Origin: a virus | Taxonomy: Duplodnaviria > Caudoviricetes | Direction: 5' to 3' (one strand) | Length of the DNA stretch: 64,000 bases | Virus record (IMG/VR): IMGVR_UViG_3300044719_000028 | Location: 1-64,000 of that record | In this document: positions 22,532 through 32,720 of the stretch, piece after piece | Layout: every line of letters starts with the position of its first letter | Numbering within the stretch: the first letter of the stretch is position 1 | Program-made: the position numbers and the translations under genes | The notes under the pieces: generated by a model | Seen by the model: only the letters and a program-made list of their open reading frames with translations | What the model was told of the DNA's origin: nothing | Database searches by the model: none

Positions 22532-24016
22532 ATGGCAGCTAAAAAGCCAAAAGACAATTCGGCTGCTGCTCTAGCGGCTGATGAAGGCCAAGCCGTTCCT
22601 CGCATTTCTCTAGGAGAGACAGGCTTTACGGGCCTGCGCACGATCTGGGGGAAAGTTGTAGACGATCCGCAAAGAGCCTTTAGGTGGCCGACCTTCTACA
22701 CTACCGTCCGTGAGATGATGAACGACGCAGTTATTGCGTCCGCCTTCAATACCTACCGCATGCTTCTCTCCCGCGTGAAATGGGACGTGGAAGCCCCTGT
22801 AGACGCCACAGAACAAGAAAAAGAACGTGCTAAGTTTGTCAAGTCCTGTATGGACGATATGGAGCATAGCTGGGCAGAATTCCTTTCTGACGTTATCACA
22901 TACCTGCCGTACGGCTTCTCTGTGCAAGAGAAAGTATATCGTCGGCGCCTCACCAAGAACGGCTCCCGCTTCAACGATGGTTTGGTAGGTCTGAAACGCA
23001 TCTCCCCTCGTGGGCAAGACACTATCGTTCGCTGGACATTCTCTGAAGATGGTCGTGAACTGCTCGGCTGCGAACAATCAATTGCCAATCTTGAGCATGG
23101 TGCGATGTTCATGGATCAGGCTAACGAGCATGGCCTGATCCCCATTAAGCGTGAAAAATTCCTGCTGTTCCGTGCAGACCCTACAAAGGGCGATCCCACA
23201 GGCAATTCAATCCTGAAGGGGGCGTATAAGGCGTGGAAGCAGATGGACATGCTTCGCGACCAAGAACTGCTTGGCGTTGCTAAAGAATCTAACGGCCTTC
23301 CTGTTATCAAGCTTCCTCCCGAATACATGGCAGCAGACGCCCCTGATGATATGAAAGCCGTTTATGCTGCTTGTCAGAAGCTTCTCGATACGATTCAAGC
23401 TGGTACTAATAAAGGCATCATCTTCCCTCGTCGTATTGACGAAACAAGCAAGGCCGATCTTTTTGACTTAAGTTTACTTGAAAAGAAGGGCATCAACGGA
23501 GCCAACATTGACGCTGTTATCAAACGATACCACAGCGAAATCTACTCTGCACTTGGCGTTGACATCCTTAAAGAAGTTACTGAACTTGGCTCTTTCAGCC
23601 TTGCTGACTCGGATACCAATCTTGTGTCGCTTATGATGAGCCACCGTCTGAACGAGATTGCTGACGTATTGAATAATGATCTTATCCCGCAGCTTTTCAG
23701 CTTGAATGGTTGGTCTTTGGAACGTCTGCCTAAATTCGTTCACGGCGATATCTCTGAAATGTCTGCTGACGAACTCGGCAAGCTCCTGCAACGTACTGGC
23801 TCGATTGGTTTGATTGCTAAGGATATTGCCACGGTTAATCGTCTGCGTAAAGCCTACGGCGTTACTGAACTTCCTGATGACACGAATGTTGATGACATTG
23901 AGTTCACGATGGAATCTAGTAACTCAGGCGAGGGCATGCAGACGCCTTACGATGGGACCGCGAAGAAGCCTACTAAGAAGGACTCATCGACGGGCAATAA
24001 CGAAAACGCCGCATAG
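22532..24016 (+). CDS. portal protein (494 aa)
   Basis: Follows TerL; YGFSVQEKVY and GNSILKGAYKAW portal-like motifs. Confidence 0.88.
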   Translation: MAAKKPKDNSAAALAADEGQAVPRISLGETGFTGLRTIWGKVVDDPQRAFRWPTFYTTVREMMNDAVIASAFNTYRMLLSRVKWDVEAPVDATEQEKERAKFVKSCMDDMEHSWAEFLSDVITYLPYGFSVQEKVYRRRLTKNGSRFNDGLVGLKRISPRGQDTIVRWTFSEDGRELLGCEQSIANLEHGAMFMDQANEHGLIPIKREKFLLFRADPTKGDPTGNSILKGAYKAWKQMDMLRDQELLGVAKESNGLPVIKLPPEYMAADAPDDMKAVYAACQKLLDTIQAGTNKGIIFPRRIDETSKADLFDLSLLEKKGINGANIDAVIKRYHSEIYSALGVDILKEVTELGSFSLADSDTNLVSLMMSHRLNEIADVLNNDLIPQLFSLNGWSLERLPKFVHGDISEMSADELGKLLQRTGSIGLIAKDIATVNRLRKAYGVTELPDDTNVDDIEFTMESSNSGEGMQTPYDGTAKKPTKKDSSTGNNENAA

Positions 24017-24023
24017 GAGCACA

Positions 24024-24863
24024 ATGGCACATTCCCTCTTTAGGTTCACGGAGAGCCTTTATAACACTCCGCACTTGATTCGGGCCGAAGCTGCTCAATC
24101 AATTCTTGAATACCTTAGTCATCGTAATTCTGTTGAGTTCTCCAAGATTGTAGAAGGTTCTAAGGAGCCTGTCAAGCCAAAGCAGATGAACAAAATTGGT
24201 GAGATTGCCATTGACGGTGCACTCTCTTACAAGCCCATTGTAGGTGCTTGCGGAGAGGTGCAAGGGTGCTCGTACCAAGGCATTCTTGAGCAAGCACAAA
24301 TGCTTATTGATGATGGTGTTACAACTCTTATCACCGTGCACTCTAGCCCCGGAGGTCAAGCATCTCATGTGTTTAGCACTGCTAACGATCTTCGCGCGAT
24401 GTGTGATGAAGCAGGCGTTCAATGGTTTGCTTACATCGACACCATGTCGGCTTCTGCATCTCTTGCACTCAACGTTGCTGCTGATGAAGTGATTATCCAT
24501 CCTGACGCTGAGACAGGTTCTGTCGGTTGCGTTGTTGCTCTGATGGATAAATCTAAGGCTTATGAAATGGCGGGATTGAAGCCAATCTACATCGCAAGCA
24601 CTCCCGGTAAAACGCCTTTTGCAGAAGATGGAAGCTTCTCTAAAGAATTTCTGGCTGAGATGCAAGACGAAGTAAGTCGACTTGGTCAACTGTTTGCTGA
24701 GCATGTAAATAAGTACACAGGTATTCCGACTGCGGACATCCTGTCTTGGGATGCAAAGATGTTCCACGCTACTGATGCACTCAATCTCGGTTTGGTGAAT
24801 CAGGTTATGGATCACAAACAATTCTCGGCCTATGTGGCTGACAAGCATAAAGGAAAAGCGTAA
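24024..24863 (+). CDS. prohead protease, S49/SppA family (279 aa)
   Basis: HSSPGGQ, SASASLAL and TGSVGCV; start set at the AGGAG-preceded ATG. Confidence 0.88.
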   Translation: MAHSLFRFTESLYNTPHLIRAEAAQSILEYLSHRNSVEFSKIVEGSKEPVKPKQMNKIGEIAIDGALSYKPIVGACGEVQGCSYQGILEQAQMLIDDGVTTLITVHSSPGGQASHVFSTANDLRAMCDEAGVQWFAYIDTMSASASLALNVAADEVIIHPDAETGSVGCVVALMDKSKAYEMAGLKPIYIASTPGKTPFAEDGSFSKEFLAEMQDEVSRLGQLFAEHVNKYTGIPTADILSWDAKMFHATDALNLGLVNQVMDHKQFSAYVADKHKGKA

Positions 24864-25363
24864 TGCTGAATCATCTTAAAAAGTTTTTTAACCAAGAAGA
24901 GGAAAAAGTCGAGATGACGACCGAAACCGTTGAAGCTTCTGCTGGCGATAAACCTGCAATCGAAGCTGTGATGGCAGAACTCTCTGAAATGAAAGCAAGT
25001 TTTGCTCTGGTTTCGGAAGAACTGACTGCCGCTAAGGCTGAGCTTGAAAAAGCACAAGCTGCTCTCAATGCTGCTGCTGAAGAAAAGGCTAAGGCCGAAG
25101 CTGATGCTCTGGCTGCAAAAATGAATGCACGCAAAGAAAAAGCTGTCGCTGCTATGGGCACTGAAAAAGCTGATGCGTTTATGGCGGCTACTGAACAAAT
25201 GGACGAAACGCAGTTTGAATCGTTCCTTGCAATTTTCAACACTAATGCTACTGCCGAGGCAAAGAGTGAGATGTTCCAAGAAGTCGGCGTTGAGACTAAG
25301 GCAGACGCTAAAGAGGAGCCTAAAGTTACTCATTTCAAACAATTTATCAAAGGAAATAAATAA
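24863..25363 (+). CDS. scaffold protein (166 aa)
   Basis: Ala/Glu/Lys coiled coil between protease and capsid genes. Confidence 0.7.
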   Translation: MLNHLKKFFNQEEEKVEMTTETVEASAGDKPAIEAVMAELSEMKASFALVSEELTAAKAELEKAQAALNAAAEEKAKAEADALAAKMNARKEKAVAAMGTEKADAFMAATEQMDETQFESFLAIFNTNATAEAKSEMFQEVGVETKADAKEEPKVTHFKQFIKGNK

Positions 25364-25365
25364 TT

Positions 25366-25761
25366 ATGGCAAAGCTTGCTTCGCGTAGTAATAAGCTGTC
25401 TGGTGTTTTGGCATTTGAAGAAATGCCGGAATACGGCGTCTGCCGCCGTGCTGTAACTGTCACGGTTGCTGCTGGCATGGACGTTGGTGCAGTTCTGCAA
25501 TTTGACGGTACGAGCAAATACAAATGGGTTGCTAACGCTGACGTTGCAACTCTGAACGCTGATGTTGTTGTGCTGATTGAAGCTGGGCTGGATGTCCCTT
25601 CGCTGGCTCCGGGCGACTACACGCTGACGGTTCTGCGCACTGGTCACGCTGGTGTTGTGGATCAAGGTCTGCTGTTCAAGGATGCTGTCACGGCTGGTAA
25701 CAAAACGACCGTCTATAACGCTCTGCGCGCTAAAAACATCCACGTCCGTACGGGCGTATAA
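25366..25761 (+). CDS. head decoration protein (131 aa)
   Basis: Position before MCP; CRRAVTV...GAVL beta pattern. Confidence 0.7.
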   Translation: MAKLASRSNKLSGVLAFEEMPEYGVCRRAVTVTVAAGMDVGAVLQFDGTSKYKWVANADVATLNADVVVLIEAGLDVPSLAPGDYTLTVLRTGHAGVVDQGLLFKDAVTAGNKTTVYNALRAKNIHVRTGV

Positions 25762-25797
25762 GCCAAACTGGCGTTTAATAAATAAAGGAACACTCCA

Positions 25798-26850
25798 ATG
25801 AGCATGACTATTCGCGACTATTTCAATAGTTTCAAAAATGCCGACTTCGTTGACGGTATTACCCAAACTCCGCTGCAATATGGCTACATCAACAGCCAAA
25901 ATCTGTTCAACACCAAATCGACTAATCAGACTGCGATTATCTTCGATAAGGACTACCAAACTGTTACGCTGCTGCCGCAAGTGAATCGTGGTGCTAAGGC
26001 TGCTACGCAAGGTCACGAGCGCAAAGTGGATACGTTCTCGATTCCGCTGGCGTACTTCAAGCACGCAGACCGAATCACCAATGAGGACATCCAAGGTTGG
26101 CGCGCTCCGGGTTCGACCGATAACGAAACGTATGGCCGTGTCACCGCAGAAAAGATGGCGGATCTGCGCCTTGCTTGGGACCAGACCGTTGAATACATGC
26201 GTCTGCAAGCCCTGAAAGGTGTTACCAAGTCGCCTGATGGCGTTGTGATGGCAGACATGTTTGCTCAGTTCAGCATCGTCCAAAGCCAAGTTGATTTCGA
26301 TCTTGGTACGACGAGCACCAACGTTGATCAGAAAATCCGTACGCTGAAAACTGGTATCGCTAAGAGTGTTATGAATGGTGGCGCAATCGCTGGCGTTAAA
26401 GTGCTGGTTGACCCGGTGTTCTACGACAAGCTGATTTCGCATCCGAACATCAAGAATGCTTACCAATTCTTCATGGCTAACGGTGCTGGCAACCAAGCTC
26501 TGCGTGACGATAACACCGAGTACATGAAGTGGGGCATCATGGATCACTTCACGCACCGTGGCATCACGTTCGTGTCGTACGACGCAACGTTTAACCTGCC
26601 GAACGGCACTACGGAAGCTGCTTTCGCTGATTCGACGGGTATTGCTTACGCTGACGGTGTTAAAGACCTGTTCAAAGCTTTCAATGGCCCTTCGGCTAAA
26701 CTGTCGGAAGCTAATCAGCCGGGCCAAGAACTGTTCGTTCGTACGTACGTCGATCCGCGTGACGAGTATGTCGAATTTGAACTGGAAGCTGCCCCGCTGA
26801 TGTTCTGCACTCGTCCTGCATCGCTGTTCAAAGTTATCTCGTCCACTTAA
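25798..26850 (+). CDS. major capsid protein (350 aa, lambda gpE-like family)
   Basis: Strong codon bias; EYMRLQALKG and C-terminal APLMFCTRP. Confidence 0.9.
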   Translation: MSMTIRDYFNSFKNADFVDGITQTPLQYGYINSQNLFNTKSTNQTAIIFDKDYQTVTLLPQVNRGAKAATQGHERKVDTFSIPLAYFKHADRITNEDIQGWRAPGSTDNETYGRVTAEKMADLRLAWDQTVEYMRLQALKGVTKSPDGVVMADMFAQFSIVQSQVDFDLGTTSTNVDQKIRTLKTGIAKSVMNGGAIAGVKVLVDPVFYDKLISHPNIKNAYQFFMANGAGNQALRDDNTEYMKWGIMDHFTHRGITFVSYDATFNLPNGTTEAAFADSTGIAYADGVKDLFKAFNGPSAKLSEANQPGQELFVRTYVDPRDEYVEFELEAAPLMFCTRPASLFKVISST

Positions 26851-26865
26851 TTAGTTGACTTGCTG

Positions 26866-26890
26866 AAGTGCCTCTTGCTGGGGCACTTTG
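26866..26890 (+). terminator. terminator after MCP
   Basis: AAGTGCCTC-TTGCT-GGGGCACTT-TGT. Confidence 0.7.
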
Positions 26891-26911
26891 TCAATTCTAC
26901 TAGGAGAAAAG

Positions 26912-27373
26912 ATGCCCCTTATCGATCTTACCTCCCCTGTCGGTAAGCTGCGCTACCGTCTTGGTGATTATCTTGATATCCCACGTCTTCCTGACGAAGT
27001 GTATGAAAGCGCACTCACGGATACCAACAACAATCTTCGCGCAGCAACGATCTTGTGTGGGCAGTATATTCTTGCGGGCCTAGCGTTTGATACGCAGCAA
27101 AAAATGGGCATCGTTGAAGTATATGGTCAACAAGCATTTGCACAATATCTTCAGTATATCAAGCTTGTTATTAAAGAGCCTGCACTGAATCAGACTTGCC
27201 CTATTCCGTACGTTGCTGGTGCAGACGAAGTTCATCCTATTCTTCAATTCAAGGAAGACTTCATTAACGCTCAGAACCGCCCCACTTCGGACGAACGCTT
27301 GCATCAGATTGCTATTGGGCCATTTGACCCGTACAGCGGCCCTGTCGCTAACGGTGGCGTGGAGCCACAATAA
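26912..27373 (+). CDS. putative head-tail adaptor (153 aa)
   Basis: Position after MCP; LRYRLGD motif; AGGAG RBS. Confidence 0.6.
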   Translation: MPLIDLTSPVGKLRYRLGDYLDIPRLPDEVYESALTDTNNNLRAATILCGQYILAGLAFDTQQKMGIVEVYGQQAFAQYLQYIKLVIKEPALNQTCPIPYVAGADEVHPILQFKEDFINAQNRPTSDERLHQIAIGPFDPYSGPVANGGVEPQ

Positions 27374-27768
27374 TGAACAGTCTTGACCGCACAGTTGCAT
27401 CCATGATGTCCAAATTCGGTACGACAGCGTATATAACTGTCGCAATCTCCGAAGAATACGATCCTTCCACGTCAGAGAATGTCGTCACTTACCAAGACTA
27501 TCTTGTGAACATTATGGTGTTTGACTACGTACGCAAGAATGAAGGCGAAGGCACACAGAATAACACTCTCATCAAAACTGGCGATAAGCAAGTGTATGTG
27601 CAGCCTCCACAAAAGACTGAAGCTGGTATTCCTCTGCCACACCTTTCTGCCAACAGAGACTTCCTCAAGATTGGTGATAAGACATACAAGATTGTGACAG
27701 TGAAGCAACTTAACCCTTCGCTTGCCCAAGAAAATTGCATTCTCTACGAATTGTATATTCGTGAATAA
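27373..27768 (+). CDS. putative head closure protein (131 aa)
   Basis: SEEYDPST...LIKTGDKQVYV pattern typical of head-tail connectors. Confidence 0.65.
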   Translation: MNSLDRTVASMMSKFGTTAYITVAISEEYDPSTSENVVTYQDYLVNIMVFDYVRKNEGEGTQNNTLIKTGDKQVYVQPPQKTEAGIPLPHLSANRDFLKIGDKTYKIVTVKQLNPSLAQENCILYELYIRE

Positions 27769-27794
27769 ACACAACAAACATAAAGGAAATTGAA

Positions 27795-28238
27795 ATGGCG
27801 GCTCTCAGCGACTATTTGGAAAATAAGCTTGTTGACTTCGTATTCCGTGGTCAACCCTTCACGCCTCCCACAACTCTGTATGTGGCCCTTTTCACGACTG
27901 CGGATAACGATGCTGGTAGTCAGCGCGTGGAAGTAAGTGGTGGTTCGTATGCCCGCGTTGCTGTTGCTTCGTCGCTCGCTAATTGGGCTGGTACGCAAGG
28001 TGCAGGTACAACCGTGGCATCCACAGGTACGTCTGGTACAACGTCGAATAACAACTCCATTACGTTCCCTGCTCCGACTGCTGGTTGGGGTACTGTTGTA
28101 GGTATTGGCATTTTTGACGCTGCTACAGGTGGCAATGAGCTTGTCTACGGTGCTCTTGCAACTTCTAAAACTATCAATAGCGGCGACGCTGCACCTCTGT
28201 TCTCGGCTGCCGCCCTGTCGCTGCAACTTGATAACTGA
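27795..28238 (+). CDS. virion fibre/appendage structural protein (147 aa)
   Basis: MAALSDYLENKLVD...LYVALFT...EVSGGSYARVAV, a widespread phage fibre-associated family. Confidence 0.7.
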   Translation: MAALSDYLENKLVDFVFRGQPFTPPTTLYVALFTTADNDAGSQRVEVSGGSYARVAVASSLANWAGTQGAGTTVASTGTSGTTSNNNSITFPAPTAGWGTVVGIGIFDAATGGNELVYGALATSKTINSGDAAPLFSAAALSLQLDN

Positions 28239-28249
28239 TAGGTGATGCA

Positions 28250-29770
28250 ATGAAATTTGCAACACGACTTAAACAAACCGCGAGCGCTCTTAGCTCCACT
28301 ACTCTTTCCGTTGGTGCTGTCGTTACGCTTGGGGCGGCAGCTACTAATTGCCGCACGCTTGCACAAGCTATTAGTGATGGCGCTGCTGCGAGCGATACAA
28401 CTGCAATTCAGGTTAACGATACGAACGTGCCATTTGTCTTTGACGACGGCACAAACTGGATGGAAGCCTATTGCACCATTACGAGCACTACGCAGATTAC
28501 GATTGGTCAGATTGTTTCTGGCTCTAACGGCACAAATGCTGTGACATTCTCTGGTGCGCTGCCTACGGTGTTCAATGTTATTCCCGGTAAGTGGCTTCGT
28601 CAAGTTGTTATTAGCACTGACGGTGTAGCTCCAAGCGGCCTTTCCGCAGCAGGTACGTTGTCCAACACGGACACTGTTCTAATCTCGCAAGACGGTAATA
28701 ATATCGTCACGACGACGCTTGCAAGTATCAAGACTTTTGTTGGTGCTATTGTAGACACTACCGCACCCACTACTCCTACAGGTCTCGCGTCGTCTGGTGT
28801 GACTGCAACAGCGGCAACGCTGTCGTGGACCGCATCTACTGACAACAGTGGGGCTACTCCGACGTATGAAGTGTCAAATAATGGATCGTCGTGGACAGCA
28901 GTCTCGGCAACAACGTATAACTTCACGGGTCTTACAGCATCCACTTTGTACACCTTGCAGGTTCGTGCCATAGACGGTTCCGGTAACAAGTCGGCAGCAG
29001 CTTCATTGCAAGTTACAACAAGCGCAGCATCCGACACACAAGCACCTGTTATGTCAGGGAGTGTTACGAGTAGTAACATCACGTCCAGCGGACTTACGAT
29101 GTCCTACAGCGCAGGTACAGATAACGTAGGAATTACACGATACGATGTTAGCGTTGATACTGGTACAGCAAACTGGATCGCAAACGGTACAAACCTATCG
29201 TATAACGCCACGGGCCTATCTGCTTCTACAGGGTACACTCTACGTGTTCGTGCAGTGGATGCAGCAGGTAACATCTCCAACGTGCTGACCGCGAGCGCAA
29301 CGACGAGTGCAGCAGGTACTCCACAATACATTCTGACTGGCCCTCCGGCTAACTCGGCAAGCTTCAACCAAGGTCCGACTGCGATGACCACACAATCAGG
29401 GGCTGACTCGTACTCGTCGCAATCTGCGGCAATTTACGTCAAGACAGCGGCAGGAGTTGCTGCACCCAAACCAGTCAAGTTTGCATGGGGTAAGTCGCCC
29501 ACCACTCCGCCGCTGCACTACAACGACACCGCGCTGCCTATCGGCGTCAACGGCAACACGACCGGACACACAGGCAACGCCTCGGGATCGTCGAGCGGCC
29601 TCGGCGGCTGGACCACGTCGGCGGACGCGCTCTACGGCCTGTTCTCGGCAGGTAGCGCGTACGCATGGGGTACGCCGGGTACTTATTACCTGTGGGTGCT
29701 CACTTCGGACGGCTTTGAGAAAGCTTACGACAACAACACAGGCACGGCAATTGGTTGGGTGCTGACATGA
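28250..29770 (+). CDS. fibronectin type III repeat virion protein (506 aa)
   Basis: Two FN3 units DTTAPTTPTGL...LSWTASTDN...Y and DTQAP...GITRYDV...YTLRVRAVDAAGN. Confidence 0.85.
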   Translation: MKFATRLKQTASALSSTTLSVGAVVTLGAAATNCRTLAQAISDGAAASDTTAIQVNDTNVPFVFDDGTNWMEAYCTITSTTQITIGQIVSGSNGTNAVTFSGALPTVFNVIPGKWLRQVVISTDGVAPSGLSAAGTLSNTDTVLISQDGNNIVTTTLASIKTFVGAIVDTTAPTTPTGLASSGVTATAATLSWTASTDNSGATPTYEVSNNGSSWTAVSATTYNFTGLTASTLYTLQVRAIDGSGNKSAAASLQVTTSAASDTQAPVMSGSVTSSNITSSGLTMSYSAGTDNVGITRYDVSVDTGTANWIANGTNLSYNATGLSASTGYTLRVRAVDAAGNISNVLTASATTSAAGTPQYILTGPPANSASFNQGPTAMTTQSGADSYSSQSAAIYVKTAAGVAAPKPVKFAWGKSPTTPPLHYNDTALPIGVNGNTTGHTGNASGSSSGLGGWTTSADALYGLFSAGSAYAWGTPGTYYLWVLTSDGFEKAYDNNTGTAIGWVLT

Positions 29771-31506
29771 CGGGGTTTATCCTCGGTAAGAATGGTCGTC
29801 TGCTGTTGGCTGGTGGGCGCCCTCTCATTGCAGGAGGTGCTGTTCAATCGAGTGGTGGTAACTCTACTTTGAGTGCGTTAACAGCATTCTATTTAGGGAA
29901 TACCGCTGCTCGCTTCAATATTCAGCCTAATGCTGCAAGTGGTAACACATTAGCCGATGTACCATTCTTGTTCACATATACAGGTTCGGTTCCTGTGAAC
30001 GTGAAGGCACGAGTCATTGACCAGAACGGAGTGGCTGTTCCCGGCGCAGATTGGGCTACGCTGCAAACTGTAACGTACGACGATACTACTAAGGTTATGC
30101 TTGGCTATTTGACGGGTGTACGTGTGGGGGCGCAGTACCGGCGTGAGATTCGGCTTGGTACTGACGACACTACAAAACTTACCGACACTAAGATTTTCGG
30201 CGTCGGTCCCAATATCGTGCTGTCGGGTCAGTCGAATATGCAAGGAACCCTTAGCACAAACATCAGCGTTTCGTCTACTGTTCCGGGGGTCACGCCAACG
30301 ATCAACGAGGGAGACTTCTGGAAGAACAACGGCACGACGATGTATTTCGGCTGCAACGGCTGCATTGCGCCATTGGGCGCTGGCGGCCAGAACAACGGCA
30401 GCAGCAGTATCGGTGGTGGGTCGAATTTGTCGATGGAGTCCGGTGGCCTTCTGGCGTTGAGCAGAATTGTCGGCGACCGACTCGCAGCCAAATACGGGCG
30501 TAAGGTCGGCGTTGGTATCGTGCCGTGGACAGTCGGTGGAACATCCATGTCGCACTTTCTGCCGGGCGGAGACTTCACGTCGATCTACACGAACACAGGC
30601 TACACGGCTGGGACGATTGGCATGGCTTCACCACGCAACACGTCTGCACCCGCTATCGTGTGGGCTGGGGATTACCAGATTGTAGCGTGGCACCAAGGCG
30701 AGACGGGATCGAACCTGACGCGTGCGCAACGATTTGCCGACCTCAAGACGTACTGCCAGATGCACATCAATAACGTGGCGCCATATGGCCGCACTGCCGA
30801 CAAGTTGACGTTCCTGTTTGCCATGATGGGGCCTTATGGCGTCTCACCAAGTACGCAAGTTCCCACAGTACCGTACGCGGAAGTGCTGCGAGGTGCTGTG
30901 CTTGATTTGGTTGCCTACGGTGCTACACAAACACCTCCGTGGGATGTGCGAGTCGGCTGGACGTGTATTGATCTTGACGCAGGGCTGAATACTGCAGATG
31001 GGTTACATATGCTCGCCCCTCAAGCACAGCTAAGTTGCTTCCGCTTGATTCAAGCGATTAATCACGTAATTGACCCTACGAACGTCCCGTTTGGCGGTGA
31101 AGGTCCTAAGTTGACAGGAGCATACACGAGGTCGGGAGATGACATCACGCTTACGGTTGCGCACAACGGCGGATCGGGGCTAGCAGCAAAGACACCCGGT
31201 TCACCGATTACTGGTTGGTACGCAAACACTGCCGCAGATGCAACCGGAAGTTTTACAGGCTCTGACCTTACGATTTCCAACGTTACCATTGTGGATTCAA
31301 CGCATATCAAGATTACCGTCACAGGAGCGCCCACAACGTTCTTCGTCAAGCATTGCGGTGGCACGACGAACGCCGTAAATAGCTACCGACCGGACGTGTC
31401 GAACCTCATCTACGACAATGTTGTGTATCCTACAGGGGCAAATTCAGGTGAGCAGTACACTGGGATGCCATTGCAGCCTACACCAACACCAATCCAGATT
31501 GGATAA
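29767..31506 (+). CDS. SGNH carbohydrate O-acetylesterase (SASA/CE6-like) virion protein (579 aa)
   Basis: Blocks LSGQSNMQG, VGGTS, WHQGET and DGLH; ATGA-coupled start. Confidence 0.85.
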   Translation: MTGFILGKNGRLLLAGGRPLIAGGAVQSSGGNSTLSALTAFYLGNTAARFNIQPNAASGNTLADVPFLFTYTGSVPVNVKARVIDQNGVAVPGADWATLQTVTYDDTTKVMLGYLTGVRVGAQYRREIRLGTDDTTKLTDTKIFGVGPNIVLSGQSNMQGTLSTNISVSSTVPGVTPTINEGDFWKNNGTTMYFGCNGCIAPLGAGGQNNGSSSIGGGSNLSMESGGLLALSRIVGDRLAAKYGRKVGVGIVPWTVGGTSMSHFLPGGDFTSIYTNTGYTAGTIGMASPRNTSAPAIVWAGDYQIVAWHQGETGSNLTRAQRFADLKTYCQMHINNVAPYGRTADKLTFLFAMMGPYGVSPSTQVPTVPYAEVLRGAVLDLVAYGATQTPPWDVRVGWTCIDLDAGLNTADGLHMLAPQAQLSCFRLIQAINHVIDPTNVPFGGEGPKLTGAYTRSGDDITLTVAHNGGSGLAAKTPGSPITGWYANTAADATGSFTGSDLTISNVTIVDSTHIKITVTGAPTTFFVKHCGGTTNAVNSYRPDVSNLIYDNVVYPTGANSGEQYTGMPLQPTPTPIQIG

Positions 31507-31515
31507 GAGGAAAGC

Positions 31516-32268
31516 ATGATAGGAAATAACGCGATTGGCTCGGATGCAGTGGGCACAAGCGGGGCAAACCCTGCTGCTAATTTGTCGTGTACGTTATCGG
31601 CATCCTCTACTGCAACCGCGTCCTTAACCACTAAAATTTCAATGGTTGCTGCATTAACTACAGCGGCAACATTGAGTGCAAGTTTTGTCTCTGGACAGGC
31701 TCTGTTATCGGCAAGTCTTTCTTCGGCTTCGTCAATTACAGCTAGCCTGAACACAGCGATTAGTCTGCAAACAAGCCTTGCATCAGTAAGTAGTTTGACT
31801 GCTAGTTTAACATCTTCTGCTGGTGCACGTTTGCAAGCAATTTTAGCAACGTCTAGCGGTTTGTCTGCTGACTTGACAATACAACAGGTAATTCCAATGT
31901 TTACTCCAAGCGCAGCAAGAACTATTAACGTCCAAGCCACATCTCCTGTTTTCACTGGTGGTAAGTGGTGGACTATGACGGACCCCAAGAAGCCACGAGG
32001 CCTTAAAGACCCTGATGCTACGATTGACATCACATTCGACTGGTCTAACTGGCTGGACGATATCGGCTCTGTTCAGATTTCAGACGTAACGTTCACACTT
32101 AATGGATTGAACAGTGTTGGTAGTTTCTCTGACGGTACAAAAGTAACGGTGTTTGTCTCTGGGGGCACGGCTAGCAGCAGCGCTACTATTGCTTGCAAGA
32201 TCAAAACTCTAACAGTCCCTGCACGAACAGACGAGAGAACTGTTTATATTGACATTGCGGATGAATGA
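31516..32268 (+). CDS. virion structural protein with A/S/L/T-rich stalk (250 aa)
   Basis: Repetitive LTASL-type stalk; C-terminal KDPDATIDITFDWSNWL domain. Confidence 0.65.
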   Translation: MIGNNAIGSDAVGTSGANPAANLSCTLSASSTATASLTTKISMVAALTTAATLSASFVSGQALLSASLSSASSITASLNTAISLQTSLASVSSLTASLTSSAGARLQAILATSSGLSADLTIQQVIPMFTPSAARTINVQATSPVFTGGKWWTMTDPKKPRGLKDPDATIDITFDWSNWLDDIGSVQISDVTFTLNGLNSVGSFSDGTKVTVFVSGGTASSSATIACKIKTLTVPARTDERTVYIDIADE

Positions 32269-32669
32269 TGAACTCTTGCACAGTGATTATTATAAACGAG
32301 TCATTAGCACGAGATGATGTGAGATTTGCTGCCAAACCTACAGTGGAACTTCGTGCTGTTCCATTTGGCGCGATGAAGAAGCAGATCATCAAAAATGCAG
32401 CACTCTTTGAGCAAGATGTATTTTCTGTTTTTGATGCTGCGACGAACCTTCCTGCTGACATTGCAGGAATGGCCATCTTTCTCACATTGTCTAATTCAGA
32501 TGGGGAGGTTGTGCAAGTTAAGGGTAAAGTTGATTCTGATATCAAAGGAATGATTTCTTTCTCTTACAAACCTCCTTCCGTTGGCTTTTACAACTACGAC
32601 ATTTCTGTGAAAGCTGCTAACGAATATTCGCAAAGTCTACTGTCTGGTTCGTATGTTGTGCAGTCGTAG
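32265..32669 (+). CDS. putative Ig-like/BppU-like structural protein (134 aa)
   Basis: GMISFSY...GFYNYDISV...LLSGSYVV beta pattern. Confidence 0.5.
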   Translation: MMNSCTVIIINESLARDDVRFAAKPTVELRAVPFGAMKKQIIKNAALFEQDVFSVFDAATNLPADIAGMAIFLTLSNSDGEVVQVKGKVDSDIKGMISFSYKPPSVGFYNYDISVKAANEYSQSLLSGSYVVQS

Positions 32670-32671
32670 AA

Positions 32672-32700
32672 TTGACAAGAATGTTAGCCGGTGCTATAAT
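32672..32700 (+). promoter_or_regulatory. promoter for the tail genes
   Basis: TTGACA-17-TATAAT. Confidence 0.8.
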
Positions 32701-32720
32701 TCTGATCTATAGGGAGACGT

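Noticed and set aside
25330-26727. 465-aa ORF antisense to the decoration and capsid genes
   Set aside because: Shadow of strongly biased sense codons; no RBS or recognisable motifs.
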